DNA of 56,945 nucleotides, filler included, from Jimgerdemannia flammicorona (GCA_003990765.1; 3 parts of 3 records of this genome joined end to end with filler, not necessarily neighbours in it), one strand, 5' to 3'. Shown: positions 36,069 to 49,967, counted from the first letter of the whole stretch. The notes: generated by a model from the letters alone, not told the origin. Numbers and translations: made by a program.

Positions 36069-36511
36069 CTGTGAGGGGGATCGCTGGGAGGTCTTAAGAT
36101 CTTGGCTAGTGGGGGGGGTGGGTGATAGTTGGCTCACTGTTGGGTAGGTGTTAGTGGTTTAGGTGAGATTGGCGGGATATTGGCTATTTGTATTTGAGGA
36201 GGGGTGGCAGATGAGTCTGCAGAAGAAGGTTTTAAGGTGGGAGGAGCTGTTGGGGGATCTGATGACTGATTGGTGGTTAGGTTGGGGTCCTTCAGAGGGG
36301 CAATAGTGAGGTTTGGTAGCAAGGATATATGAACAGAGTAGTGGGAGAGTGGGAATTGTCTTTGATCAAGTGGTATTTCGTTGAGAAGAGGTAGGGGGGA
36401 GAGACCCCCCTAGGGGAATTGGATAGGGGGTGGGTTCACTGTACTTATATGGGATAGATGGGTGTAATAAAGGATGAGTCCAAGTGACTATAAAAAAAAA
36501 AAAAAAAAAAA
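36069..36511 (+). mobile_element. 5'-truncated LINE (3' ~440 bp + poly A) with 15-bp TSD
   Basis: Homologous to 1-330 (minus) and 49500-49953; AATAAA then A tail; AGATATCTTTTTTTA at 36054-36068 and 36512-36526. Confidence 0.92.
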
Positions 36512-36529
36512 AGATATCTTTTTTTATTT

Positions 36530-37900
36530 GATGAAATATATTAGATATAATTATTAAATAAATATTTATAAGAGGTAGTTCTTATAGTATATTCTGGAGT
36601 TTGGTTAATAGATGATATAATTGTTAGTAAAAAATATTTATTTAAGAATAAGAAAAATTAATATATAAAGTTAGTTCCTATAATCTATGCTCTTGAAGGC
36701 TCTTCTCAGCTATTTTATGTTTGTCTTTTGAATGGTAAATCTGTGTATTTACAACTGCTCTCTGTATCTTAGAAACTGTTTGCAAAGAATATATCTTATT
36801 AAGATATGAAAATTGCAAGTAAGAGACTATATATTTTGGATAGACTTGATTTATGCAAATCAGACAGATCAAATATACCTCTGAATATTGATAATAAAAG
36901 ACATAACTACTGAATAACAATTACAAAGTTTGTTATCTGATTTATATATAATAATACTACTACAAAATATATTCATAATCAGCTATCAAATAAAATTTTT
37001 ATCTAAACAATTTTGTAATTATAAATATTATTTTTTCTTTACTGCAAATAGTCTACAAAGTATCTATAATATATATCTATAATATAGATCTGTTTTTATT
37101 TTATAAAAAGAGTCTTTTTCAATCACCTTGGGAGTCCCTTCAATAATCAAAAAATATGCAATTACTGGGAATATATTTTATAAGTATATTCACCAAATAT
37201 ATTTAGAGAGATTACTAATAGATATATAGTAGATATATTTTGGTGTATTCAAGCAGATCACAATATATTTGATTAATTCCAAGTAATACTGAGATTACTA
37301 TTATATTAAGTAGGAGTTTCTACTATAGTTTGGAAAAAGAATTATAGTCTATAGACAGTGAGTATACTGACTGATCACCTGTAAACTTAAAATTAATTAT
37401 TATTTTACCTGTGTTTGCTACTAAAAATTACTCTAATATATCTTAGAGTACTTTTTTATACTATCTGCAATATAGTATTTCTCTGCTTTAAATTTTATAT
37501 TATCTTTGGATAAAGTATTTGATATTAGTTTATGCAGAATAGCAAGTAGATCTCAATAGAATAATATATATTCACCAGTCTAAGTTTCAGATATATAATA
37601 TCACATAGTGGTCGCTGAGTCCTTCAAATATGCCAGATTCTCTTCAAGGTATATCTCTTAGACTAACTCAAGTTGTTATAAGCAAGTTCTTATTGGAGTG
37701 CCTTCCCAAGGTCTTATAGTCCTCAAACTTCTTATCTTTAACTGTCTTGTTATCTCTTAGATTGCTTGCAAGGAAGTATGTATATTGCACTGAGAGGAAC
37801 TGGCTTTATTTTAGAGGAAATAAGAGAGGTATTTATACAAAATATAATTCAATGGTTGCTAAGATATAAAGCTAAATATAAATTCCAATAACTAAAACTA
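36530..37900 (-). pseudogene. Plavaka-like DNA transposase relic; limits approximate
   Basis: ~37300->37150 reads VISVLLGINQIYCDLLEYTKIYL/YISISNLSKYIW* (one frameshift) then VIAYFL, later IADYEY; reverting C->T/G->A gives PVLLGIDQTH...YP.YISIGNLPKHIRR, the Plavaka signature. Confidence 0.6.
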
Positions 37901-37939
37901 CTGAGTTCCAGGGCTGGCATTATTTAGTACCATATCAAA

Positions 37940-38039
37940 NNNNNNNNNNNNNNNNNNNNNNNNNNNNNNNNNNNNNNNNNNNNTTAATTAATTAANNNNN
38001 NNNNNNNNNNNNNNNNNNNNNNNNNNNNNNNNNNNNNNN
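37940..38039. other. Assembly spacer (N44-TTAATTAATTAA-N44)
   Basis: Same linker as 18921-19020. Confidence 0.98.
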
Positions 38040-41000
38040 CTCTTCTCAATGAAAGACTACTTTGTCAAATACCATCTCTACCTGCCCACCACTCTGTTCA
38101 CAGATCCCCTCTACCAGACAGTCACACTGCCCACCCTGGGGACCCCAACCAACCCACCACTCTGTCAGCAGATCTCCCAACAATCCCTCCCACCTTAACA
38201 ACCTCTCCTATATATCTATCTGATATCCTTTCTCGAAAACAAAGAGCCAATGTCCAGCCAACCCTACCCACACTACTAAAACCCACCCTACAGTGAGCCG
38301 ACCATTGCTGACACCCCCTACTAATTGAGATTTCAAATCCTCCCAGCAATCTCTCTCTCCATCTGCCCTCCTCTCTACACTCAACCAGTCTCCTACTGCT
38401 ATCCAAAAGTCCCCCAGAACCTCACACTCTCCTAGCCAATGTTCTGGTGTTTGCACAAATCTCCCAACTTGCTCTATATTATAACACTCCTCACAATCTA
38501 ATTGGCCACCATCCACCAGATGCCCAGCACAGAAATTCAACATAACATTCCTCCATAGTATCCATCACCATATCACCCAGAACTTGGGAAGAAGCCACCT
38601 CTATACCTCAGCACTCTATGACCAGACTCCTGCCCAGTCCCACTCCTCACCAATCCTCACTGCCTACTAACTACTTGGCCAAAGATCCTGGCCAAGTCCC
38701 TGCTGACACTCCACTCTATCACTAATATCAAACTCAGCAAGTGGAATACCCCCTGGAAGCAGTCTGTTCTATCGCCACATAGCTGGACCCCACAGCACCT
38801 CCCCCTCATTGCCACACTAGCACAGGCCTATCTGGTGTGCTCCATCTACCACCCCCCACCAGAAGCCCTTATACTGTAGTCATCAGCTTCCATTCAGAGT
38901 CACCAGAGAGAGTAAATCTTCCAAGGACCCCTGAGGGGAGAATCTCATCTCCTGTATCTTCTGCATCAGTGGCACCCAACCCCCTCCCTGCAGTTCAACA
39001 GCCCTTTTCAAACACCAAGCTCACAGGCAGTGCAGCTGCTTAGGGAAATCCATAAGGCCTAGTCCTCCCCTAACCACTGGTATTGCAAGAGTATCCCAAC
39101 TGATCTGAGACCTCCTCTCTGCCTAAATCCAATCTCTAGCCAGTTTCATCAGCCTCTTCACCACCCAAGCTGGGAAGTCTAAGTGATAGGTCACATACCA
39201 TAGCTTGGAGAATCAGTAGATATTCAGAATTGACACCCACCCTGCTAGGGAGATGTGGTGACCTCTCTAACCTCTAAGAGCCTCCCCCCAAATGGCCACC
39301 CTCCTCTCCCACCACACTTGTGGCAAGACAGATCCATATACAGAAAGGTAGATGCCCAGATACCACACCACCTCTCCTGTAGAGACAATTGTTCCAATAA
39401 TGTCCCCTCCTACTAGCCCATTCCCCAACACCATTGTCTCATACTTATGCCAGTTGAGTTTCACCCCAGAGTGTGCCTCATACCATTCCACTGTTACCTT
39501 AAGTGCCTCAACATCCACTACTGATCCAAGTCCAACCACCATATCATCTGCAAAGGCCCCCATCTTCTACACCACACTTTACATAGAGAGCCCTACCACC
39601 TTTGATCATATCCTATCCATTAAAGGTTCCAATAAAAGGGCATAAAGGATAGGAGACAGTGGGTCTCCCTGAGGAACTCCTCTTCCCAAGGGAAATGCCA
39701 AACCTTGGTGACCATTACACATCAGTACAGCCCTACTATCCTCCAACAGATTCAATATAGAAGCCTAAAATTGTGGGGGGACACCGATTTTATCTAGTAC
39801 CTTACCCAGCCATATCTGCCAAACATGGTCATAGGCCTTCTCCTGGTCCAAAAAGACCAGTCTACCATCCAGTCCACAAGCCCAGGCCCCTTCAATGATG
39901 CCATGCACCCAGGCAGTCCCATCCCTGATAAGCCTGCCTCCTATAAAGCCCTGCTGCTCCTCACCCAGCACCTGTTGGGCAACCTTCTGTAACCTTATAA
40001 CAATCACCTTAGTCACCATCTTCCTGTCCATATCCAAAAGCATGATCAGTCTCCAGTTCTTCCCATCCTCCCTCCTCTCCTTATCTTTATACAATAAGGC
40101 CACCAGCTCTAAGTCCTGCTCTCCAACCCACTTACCATTCAGAAGAACATGGTCAGAGAGGGCAGCCATCTCTCCTAACACTCCAGGGACCTTCACCATC
40201 TTCTTCCAGAAGTCCCAAGGTAACCCATCTTCTTCTGGTGCTGTTCCAAGCTTAGTTGCCACAAGGACTCTCTGGATCTCCTACTCTTGGACTGGTACCA
40301 AGTCCTTCTACTTGTAGTGGTTCCCACTCCTCCAGCATGTCTCCAATCACCTCTTCATCTGTACTCCCTTCCTTCTCACTCCACAGACCCCTCCATCTCT
40401 TCTTCAGTACCCCCAAGATCTGCTGTGTGCCATGCACCATTTCCCCCTTGGCATCAAAGACCCAATCCTATTGATGTCACACCCTCCTAGCTTGGAGGAG
40501 CCTAGACAAGTACCTAGTAGGCCACTCTCTCTCCTCAAGCCCCTGCCACCATAGTCTGGCAGCCATTCCTTTCATACAAATCTCCTCCTCCTCTCTCAAT
40601 ATCTGTTGTAGCTCCACTACCTTCAATTTTACCTGCTCCAACCTCTAATCCTCCACCTCTTCAGAAGAAAGCAAATCAGCTCATTCCATCTGCAATCTAA
40701 TCAGTCCATTAGAAGCACACCTTCCTTGCTTCCTTTGCTGTCTCCCAGCCTCCCTACCAGCTCCTTCCCAATATACCCTTGCAGCCTCCTTCAATCTCAT
40801 TCAACAGATACCCACTGATGAACCCTCATGTATCCAGTTAGTGATCTTCACTTGGATGTCCTCCATCCAAGGGTTCCACAACCCCTTCTCAGCCAGCAGA
40901 GAGGAGTTAAGGCACTAATGTCTGGGTTCATCTCCACTCCCCCCAAACTGCTCCCACCCCAATAGCTCCCAGTGATCAGACCATGGGCACCACTCTACCT

Positions 41001-43730
41001 CCAGAGTCCTCCAAACATCAACACCCCAACATTTGGCTGTCAGAATCCAGTCAATCCTCATACCCAGTCCATACACCCAGTACATATAGAACCTTCTGTT
41101 GTCCCACAACATTCTACCCATATTCCCTAAGGAGCTAAGATTCTCTACCTCCTCTCACCTATTTAGACCACCACTCCTCCCACCTGCACTCCTCCCTCCA
41201 TCAGTTCTATCTACATAACTATAGTCCTGTACTATATTAAAGTCACCTCTCAGAACATTGATGCCTTCTTCCGAAAAAATGCCCTCCTCCAAAAGATCTC
41301 TAATCCACTCAATCTGCTCAAACCTAATTGCAGGGGAGTAACCCTCACTGATTCCCACCCAAGTTGATACCATTCTCCCCAGACCAAACAGTCACCCCAG
41401 CTCCTGATTCTGCCCAAATCTCCTCTACCCTTCCTTACCTAAATTGCTACTTTGCCAATCCAAGCAGTAGCTCCTCCCCATTCTCTAGTCCACTCCACCT
41501 GATCTTCCTCATCCTCACACCATACATCTTGCAGTAAAAAGATATCAGCCTCCAAACTCTTAAGTCAAGTAAAAATTTTCTTATACTACTCAGAACCCCT
41601 TAATCTATTCACATTCAGAGAGAAAATATTAGTTGTACTGTTTATAAGGAATAATGTTGATTATCAATCTCATCCTCTACAAATCTGCATTCACCTCCTC
41701 CTGTGCCAAGTCCAAGTTATGTTCTGCAGCCAACCCTACCAGAAGTTCAGCCATCACCCCATCCTCTTTTTCCTCAAAGTCTTCATGATACTCCAGATAT
41801 GCCTCCTACCAGAGTTGCAAACCATAACACTGTAGGTAGCCCACATACCAGCAACAACCACCAGCTCTGCCTCCCTCACCTTATCAACCTCATATCTCTC
41901 CTCTTCCAGGAAAATCGTGAGAATCTCTGCCTTCAGTGCCTCCACCACCCCCTCTCTATACAGAATCTCCATCCAATACTCCTCACTCATCACTCGCAGG
42001 TCTACTTCCCTCAACTCCTCAGCTATGAAGTTATCCATCATCTTGCTCATCCACAGCAGGTTCCCCACCTCCTTCCCTCCAGGCATCCCTGGCCTTCCCA
42101 TATCCAGCATTGTGATATCTACCCCTACATTAGCAGACTCATCCCATCTCTCCTCAGGGACATCCACCAGCTCATCCTTGCCAACTGCCACCACCTGTCC
42201 TCCTTTTGCCACATCAGAAACCCCAAACTGTATCTGCTGAGTATCCCACATTAGCTCATCCTCTACTACCTGACCCCTTGCAGCTGGACCCTACCTGATC
42301 AGAGGGGGAGTGTCATCTAAGATCGGGTCCCAGACCTCGAATGTACCATTAGCAAATGGGTCCTTGTGTGGTGCCTTCTCAGCTCCTTCCAGGCCCTCCT
42401 CCTTATCTCCTCCTCCCTTGCTAGCCCAGACACTTACCTCCATGCCCTCAGACTTCTCAGGGCCCCCAGCCTTCATCTTTACCCCTCCTTTCATACTTGC
42501 CAGCAACTCTCTCTTCCTGCACCCTTGAGCCCTCTCCCACTACCTCTTGTCAGTGTGAATATACTTCTCATCAACAATCTCCAGATGCATCAACTCTACA
42601 AACAACTTCCAGACCTTTGCCCTTCACTCAACAGCACTACTCAACTCCTCCAGAGCTTCCAACAAGTCCTCCTCCTCCTCATAACTCTCTCTCACCCTTG
42701 ACACCCTATAGACAAAAGCCCCCCACATCAATATTGAGGACCAGTCACTCATCTTTCCTGTGGCCTCTCTTCCAGCCAGTCTAATCCTGACATCCATATC
42801 ACTTGTCCTGAAGGAGGTCCCCTCCCACATCTGGAAACTAACATTCACTACATTGCCATACTCTGCTATCACCTCCTCCACCCCCCTCCTAGTCTCCTCC
42901 TTCATCACTGTAGACACCCCCTTCACCAGTAACTACACCACCCTGGGGTCCCACCTCAGACAGCATACCATGGAGACCACTACTTTTCTGACTACCACTC
43001 TAGTCTTCAGAGCCTCTTCCAGTAGGCCCACCTTCTCAAAGCCCACCTCAACCCCCTCCAGACCCTTCAGGAACTTCACTAAGGCAGCCCCAGCCACCTG
43101 CTTCAAGATAAGCCCCAGGATCATCCTTGCTATCACTACCAAGCCCTAGAAGTACAAGGTAGCTACAAACTCCAAGATCCACTTCTTGAGCAATGGTACC
43201 ACTGCCAGCCCTATTACATCATCCTCTAGATCCCTATTCTGCATTGAGAACCCCTGCCCAATCTTACCATCAGCCATCACATCTCTTTTTTTTTCCTGAT
43301 TCCCCATTACACTCTCATTAACAGTCACTCCCCCAGCCACAGCACCTCCAGCACCTACACTTGCATCCTCCACCTGAGTACCACTCTCCCTTCTGATACT
43401 TGTCTTGCCCTTTCCCTCAGCAGCACCAGCCCTAGTTTCAGCTGGCCATCCACTCACCTTCACCTTGTCTGCAAAGCTAGATGGGCCAGGCCTTCCCCCA
43501 GTTCCACCTGACACCAGTCCTCCTCCAGAGCCTTCTCCACCCTTCAACTCTCCAAAGGTCCCCATCCCCAGTCTCCCACATTCTGCCAGCCAAATGCTCT
43601 GAGTTCACCTGCTCTAGCATACCTGTCAGAACTCTTGCTTGATGACATTTTTATAGTACCTTTTCTCTAAGTTGTGTTGAAAACCATTGCATGAAGTTGG
43701 TGAAACATGAATTGTACAGGAGAAAAATGA
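38040..43730 (-). mobile_element. L1/Tx1-like LINE (copy 3), near full length, degenerate; 3' tail lost in gap
   Basis: Collinear with 1-5783 throughout (ORF1 ~43647->41680, ORF2 from ~41646; GAFADDMVVG, LVFLDQEKAYD, CEEC...HWLGEC). Confidence 0.93.
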
Positions 43731-44183
43731 AGTCTTTTTCTTGTTTTGTGGTATAGGGCTAATATTTTTTCTTGCTTGCTTGGTCATTTGGGTAAGGGCA
43801 GTAGTGATCTTAGTAAAGTTTGCAACAAATTACTGTTAATAGTTTGCTAATCCCAGAAATGACTAGATGTCTTTCAGATTCTTGGGCCTGGGCCAATTCT
43901 TGATTGTAGAGATTTTGCTAAAGTCTACTTTGATTTCATTGGGAATGACAATGTGTCTAAGGAATTGAATTTCTTTCAGGAGGAATTCAAATTTACTGAG
44001 TTTTGCAAAGAGTTGGTTAACTCAACAGTTTCAGTAGTACTAGTTTAAGATATTCGAGATATTCCTCCAGAGTTTTGCTAAAGACTAGGATATCATCAAT
44101 GTAGACAATAACAAATTTGTCTAAGTATGGATATAGGATGGTATTTATCAGTATCTGGAAGGTTGCAGAAGTATTAGTTAAGC
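43731..44183 (-). mobile_element. Ty3/Gypsy RT fragment trapped between two LINEs (continuation of the 49968-54372 element)
   Basis: Minus strand: LTNTSATFQ...VYIDDILVFSK...LFAKLSKFEF...FLRHIV...WPRPKNLKDI*SFLGLANY. Confidence 0.9.
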
Positions 44184-47100
44184 TAACACCTTTCACTGGT
44201 AATATTTAGGTGATACAAGACTCTGACAGCACTTTCTACAGTGTTTTTAGTGAAAGACAACTAGTAACATAGACAGCAACAAACATACTGGTGAGGGGGG
44301 CAGCAGTGCCTTTGACTGGCAGTATGTAGGGAGGAGGAGAGGGGATGGTTTGAGAATGCCAGGGCCTTCTATGGCTGGCTGTAGTACTAGTAAAGGAGAA
44401 AGAGGTGGATTGCAGTAATGTGGAGGGGAGAGGATGACCTTTGCAGACAAGTAAAGATGGGAAGAATGACTTCTGGTCTGGATAGTTGGCTGGGCCTGGG
44501 GAAGACATTGACAGCTCCTGTTGAGGGACAGGGAGAGGCCTCCATGGGAGGGTTGGGCAGTAGGGGAGGGGGGGGAGTAGGGGCTAGAGATGTGACTGCT
44601 GATAGAGCTGTAACTGGGAATCTGGAAAAAATCCAGATGTCACAGTGGTTGGCAGTTCAGGACAGAGGGTGGGCATGAGGCCTGGAGACCTGGTGAATGG
44701 TGTGACAGGCATAGTGTTGGTACCATTACTTAAGAAATCAAGGTTGGAATTCACTATCATATTATATTTCAGGGGCTTGGCAGTGACTATAAGAATAATC
44801 TTAGGGCTGGTGGTACAGGAGGCAAAGGGGGTGGCTTCAGTGAAGTTCTTGAAGGGGAAGAAGGGGTCAAGATTGGATTCAAGGAAGAGGAGGCATTGTT
44901 GGTGGCCATGAAGAAGGGGGTGACAGTGGGTGGGGTAGTGGTCCCTATGGCCAGATGCATGTGCTGAGACCCCCAAGTGGTATAGTTGACAGTGTTGGAT
45001 CTTCCTATGATATTGAGGGAGAGGGCCAGAGAGTTGATTGTGGAGGTAGTCAAGGAGTATAGAGAGATTGTGGACATCAGGTTCAAGGTCTGGGAGGGTA
45101 CAGAGCTCTGGACTGGTGATGTTGATGTCTGGGTGAGGCTGGCTGAAAAGGAGAACATGGGGAAGATGAGGGACTGGCCAGCGACTCTGAAGTGGGGACT
45201 GGTGGAGTGCAAGGTCACATAGATGAGGGGGACTCAGGAAGAGGAGGAGGATTTGCTAGAGACTCTTGAGGATCTGGCAGGAGTAGTCAAGAGGAGGAGA
45301 TTGGCTTGGAAGGAGTATAAAGCCAAGACAGTGGTGGAAATGGTCGATGGGAAGAGGATCAGGATGGACCAGATGATCTGGGAGAAGATGCAAGAGAGAT
45401 GAATCCAGAAGGAACTGCTAGAGAAGTTGGGTGGTGGTGGGGCTAACAGTAGCACAGAGGAAGGGGGAGCAGGATTGTGAGAGAGTGCCTAGGCAGGGGA
45501 ACATGGGATGGCCCAAGGTGGGGCCCAGGGTGGATCAAGGGAGGAGAGACAGAGCAGTATGGAGGCAGATGCAAAAATGAGCAAGGAGGTTCACCCTCAG
45601 TATAATGTTCTATGTGGGGCAGGGGGTGAGGAGGAACTACTGGATATATCAGAAGAGGAGTGAGATGAGTTGGTGAGGAGGAGCACTTTGGTGGACCCAG
45701 AGGTGGGGGTTGATCAGGTTGTCCAGGGTATGGTAGGGGTGGTAGACGAGGAGAAGTGGCTGTGGAAGACTCTAGAGGGAGTGGCAGCAGAGGAGCTGGG
45801 GGGAGAGGACTTCTGGATTATAGAAGAGAGGTATTGGGAGGAAATTCTTCATGGTGAGGAGGTGCCAAGGAAGGTTAGGAATGAGATCCTGGCAGTCCTC
45901 TTGGAATTGGTTGAATATCAAGTGGATGATCAGAGAGAGGAGGAACTTTGGGTGATTGTAAATAAATGGGCAGCATACTTGTTGGGATTGAGGAAGGGGT
46001 TGGAGAAGTGGAGAGTGGTCTGCGCAGATTATTGGGTGGAGATGGAAGTAGTGGATGGGGTAGAATATCAAGAAATCTTGGAGGCATTAGATACTCAGGC
46101 TGTAGTGGAAGGTGACTTGGAAGCAGAGTGGTGTTTGAATCTGGCTGGGGATGAGATAAGCATGAAATACTAGGCTGGGTTCTCAAATTCTAACATTATT
46201 CAATATGAACAGTACAACTAGAATATTCTCTTTGAATATGAATGAGTTGAGGGTAGCAGCTCAGTGAAAGTACATATTTGGCTAGCTAAAGGGATTGGAT
46301 GTGGATCTCTTCTTACTGCAGGATGTACATTATGAGGTAGATGTGGACTTACAGGATTGGACTAGAGAATGGGGAGGGGCAGCAGTGTGGACTGAGTGGG
46401 TGGATATCCTCATTTGAAAGGAGATGGGGGACATTGGTGATATTGGAAACTGTGGGAGTCAGTTGGTGTAGGGTGTATGGAAGAGACCTGGATGGAGCCC
46501 TTTGATGGTTGGGTCATATTACTGCCTGGTAGAGAGGGGGGAATGGGTAGATTGGATCTGAAATTTGAAAGAGGCTGGTGTTATGGGTGAGGTAGAGATT
46601 GACTGCCTGGGGGGTGATTTCAATATGGTACAGGATAGTGTGGTGGACAGGACTGATGGAGGGAGAGGAATGAGAAGCAGAAGTGGCAGACTGGATGATT
46701 GGATGGAGATGGAGAGGTTGAGTTCTTTTGTTGATTCAGGGAGACAGTTTTGGGAAGATTGTCAAATTTATACTTACTAGGTGGCAGGGCTGGGCTCCAG
46801 GATTGATTGGATATTGATAGTGGAGTGCTAGGGAGTGGATGTCTGGGCTGTACTGGAGGTGGTTTGGTGTTCATAGTCAGATCACTGGGGTCTGTTGTGG
46901 GGGGGAGGTTTGGGGGAAGTGGGGATGGGCCTGGACATTGGTGACTGAATTTCTCTTTGTTGGAGGATGGTGCTTTATGGGCAGACTGGGAGGAGGAGAT
47001 TATTGGGAAAATTGGTAGGTGGTGGAAACAGGGCCTGGTGATTGGGGATTACTAGAGGAGGCTGAAAGTGAGTGCTCAGGGGTACTGGAGGGAAGCAGGG

Positions 47101-49953
47101 AAAGGAAGGAGTGTTCAGTGGTAGTAGAGAGTGCTATGGGCTTCATAGAGATTGGTGGCACTCCTGGAGAGATGGGTGGGGGCACTAGAGAATTGGGAGG
47201 CAGCCAACTGGCATATTGTACAGATTCAAAAGGAAGTTGAGGAGCTTAAGGAAGTGATATGAATGGAGGAAGAGGTTAAGCTGAAGGGGATGGTGGTAAG
47301 GCTGAGGTGGCAAGGGTTGGAGGAGGGAGGGAGACCTACTCAGTTTTTATTATGGTTGCTACAAGTGTGGAGAACTAAACAGTGGTGGGATGGGCTCTTG
47401 GATGAGAATGGAGAGATGGTGGTGGGGACTTTGGCAATTCTGGAATTGCTAAGGATCTGCTGGGAGGATTTATGAAGTGAGGAATAAGGGGGTGAGGATG
47501 CCTCAAACATTGAAAGGCAGTTGTAGGATTGGTATCCAGACCCTGCAATGGGCCTGGGGTCTCTGGGGGACCCAGTGAAAGGGGAGGAAATTTGCAAGGT
47601 CTTGGCTTCAACAAGCAAGGAGATGGTTCCAGGAGAGGATAGACTTCCCTGGGATTTTTGGAAGAAGATGGCTAGGGTGGTGGTGGTATTGGAGGAGATG
47701 ATAGTGATGTATGGTGAGGTTCTTCAGTCTGACACTTGAATTGAAGGCCAGCACCTAGGGCTGGTCTCCTTGCTCTATAAGGATAAGGGGTGAAGGGAGG
47801 AATGGAAGAACTGATGACCAATCATGCTCCTCAACATGGACTGCAAACTGGTGACAAAGGTCTTGGTGACTAGACTGCAGGGGATTGCTCAGCAGATATT
47901 AGGTATAGAGCAAAGAGGGTTTGTTGGTGGTTGGTTGATCTGAGATGGGATAGCCTGGGTCCATGGAGTGATTGAAGGAGCCTGGGCTGCTGGAGTTGAT
48001 GGAAGATTAGTGTTTCTGAATCAGGAGAAGGCATATGACAGAGTGAGGAGGATCTGGCTGGAGGGAGTACTGAAATGGGTTGGTGTTCCCTCAGGGTTCA
48101 GGTGGTCATTGATCAGTCTTTTGGAAAACAGTCAGATAGCATTGGTTGTCAACAGATACAGGGGTGTAACTTTTCCTCTTAGTTGTGGGGTGCTATAAGG
48201 AGAACTTTTGTCACCCATTTTATATGCCCTTCCTTAGAGCCCCTATTGGACAGAATCAGGCATTGAATTGGGGGTTTGGACATTCTTGGGATTAATTGAA
48301 AAGTAGGGGCCTTTGTGGATGATATGGTGGTTGGACTGGATTTATTGGAGGATATGGTGGAATTAAGGAGGTCAGTGGAATGTTATGAGAGGGGCTCAGG
48401 TGCTAAACTCAACTGACACAAATGCAAGACTCTGGTGCTAGGTGGTGGAATAGTTGGTGGTGACATGATTGGAATGATGGTACTAGCTGGAGATCCAGTC
48501 CATTACCTAGGGATCTACTTCTCAGTATATAGATCACTCCTGCCCCATGTTTGGTGGGAACAGCGACTCCTGATATGGGGAAATGTGCTCTTATGGTGGG
48601 GTGGTTGATATATATCCTTGGCAGGAAGAGTGATGGTGCTGAATGTGTATTGACTACCAAAGCTGTAGTATGTGGAATATCATCTAGACTTCCCAGCATG
48701 GGTGGTCAGGTGACTGCTAAAGATGGTAAGATCATGGATCTGGGCTGGACAGCAAAGTCAGATAGGATGGGAGGTTCTGACCCTACCTATGGATAAAGGT
48801 GGGCTAGGTGTGGTGGACTTTACCAAATATCTTCATTGCTTGAGAGTATGGTGGCTGAAGAGGGCGAGTGAGTTGAGGGGCCAGAAGTGGGTACTACTAA
48901 TGCAGAGGGTGTGGGAGGCCCAGTATTCCCCCCATGGAGCATCTGGTGATCTGCTTGCAATGGTGGCCCTAGATGGGAGCAAGAGGATGTGGTATAAGGA
49001 TTTTTGGTAGTGGGTGGTGGATGGTGCAAGGAGAATTGAACTTTGGTAGCAGGGGAATGAGGGAGAGATTGATTGGGGACTGTAGATGTAGAGATGGGCC
49101 AGATTATTGCTGGGTGGTGCTTTGTTGGAAGATTTTCAGCTCAGCAATAGAATAGATTGTATGTGGGGCATAGGGGGGGACCTGTGGCCTAAAGCATGGC
49201 AGAGGGTGGGGATTGGCAAGAAGTAGGACTGAAATGGTGTTTGGCTTTAAAGCAAGCAGATGATGCAGTAGCTACTCCCTAAGTTCTGGGTGGTTTGGTG
49301 GTGGTTTCTAAGGCAGAATGTGATGTTGAACTATCAGTCTGGGCACTTAGTGGCAGATGGCAAGTTTGAGTGTGAGGAATGTATGGATGTTGGACAGGAG
49401 GGGGGAGTGGGACAAATGCCTGAACACTGGCTTGGCGAGTGTGATGTCTTAGGGGAATTTTGGTGCTATATTGCAGACCAGTTAGGGCTATGAGCCCTGG
49501 TGAGGGAGGAAGGGGAGAGATGGGGAGACCTCTTCCAAAGGCTGGTGGGAGGGGTTGGGGATGAATGGCTGACCCTGGGTTGGGCTCTGGCAATTTGGGT
49601 TAGGCTAGCCAGGCATTGGTTACTTGTATTTAAGGAGAGCCAGCAGGTGGGGGTTGAGACTAGGGTGGCACAATGGGAATGGCTATTACTGGACATTTTG
49701 AACAGCTGGTAGAGAGGGTGGGGACTGGGTGGGGGGAGCTGATGGAGTTTGGTGAATTGTATTTGCCCAAAAAGTAGAGGGAGGATTCAGGTAGTGGGTG
49801 ACTGAGTTATCCTCCAATAGGGAGGGATAGAGGGTGATGAGGGGGATCTGAGGGTTATCGGTTGAGACGTTGCAGGTGAAATTGTATTATTATTTATAGA
49901 TTGAGATAATAAAGGAAAGTCCAAGTAACTTTAAAAAAAAAAAAAAAAAAAAG
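44184..49953 (+). mobile_element. Full-length L1/Tx1-like LINE (divergent subfamily) with poly(A) tail and 14-15 bp TSD
   Basis: AGTATTAGTTAAGC at 44170-44183 and 49954-49967; ORF1 ends 46173; ORF2 ATG 46205; LGGDFN, LNQEKAYD, AFVDDM, CEEC...HWLGEC; A tail 49933-49952. Confidence 0.95.
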
Positions 49954-49967
49954 AGTATTAGTTAAGC

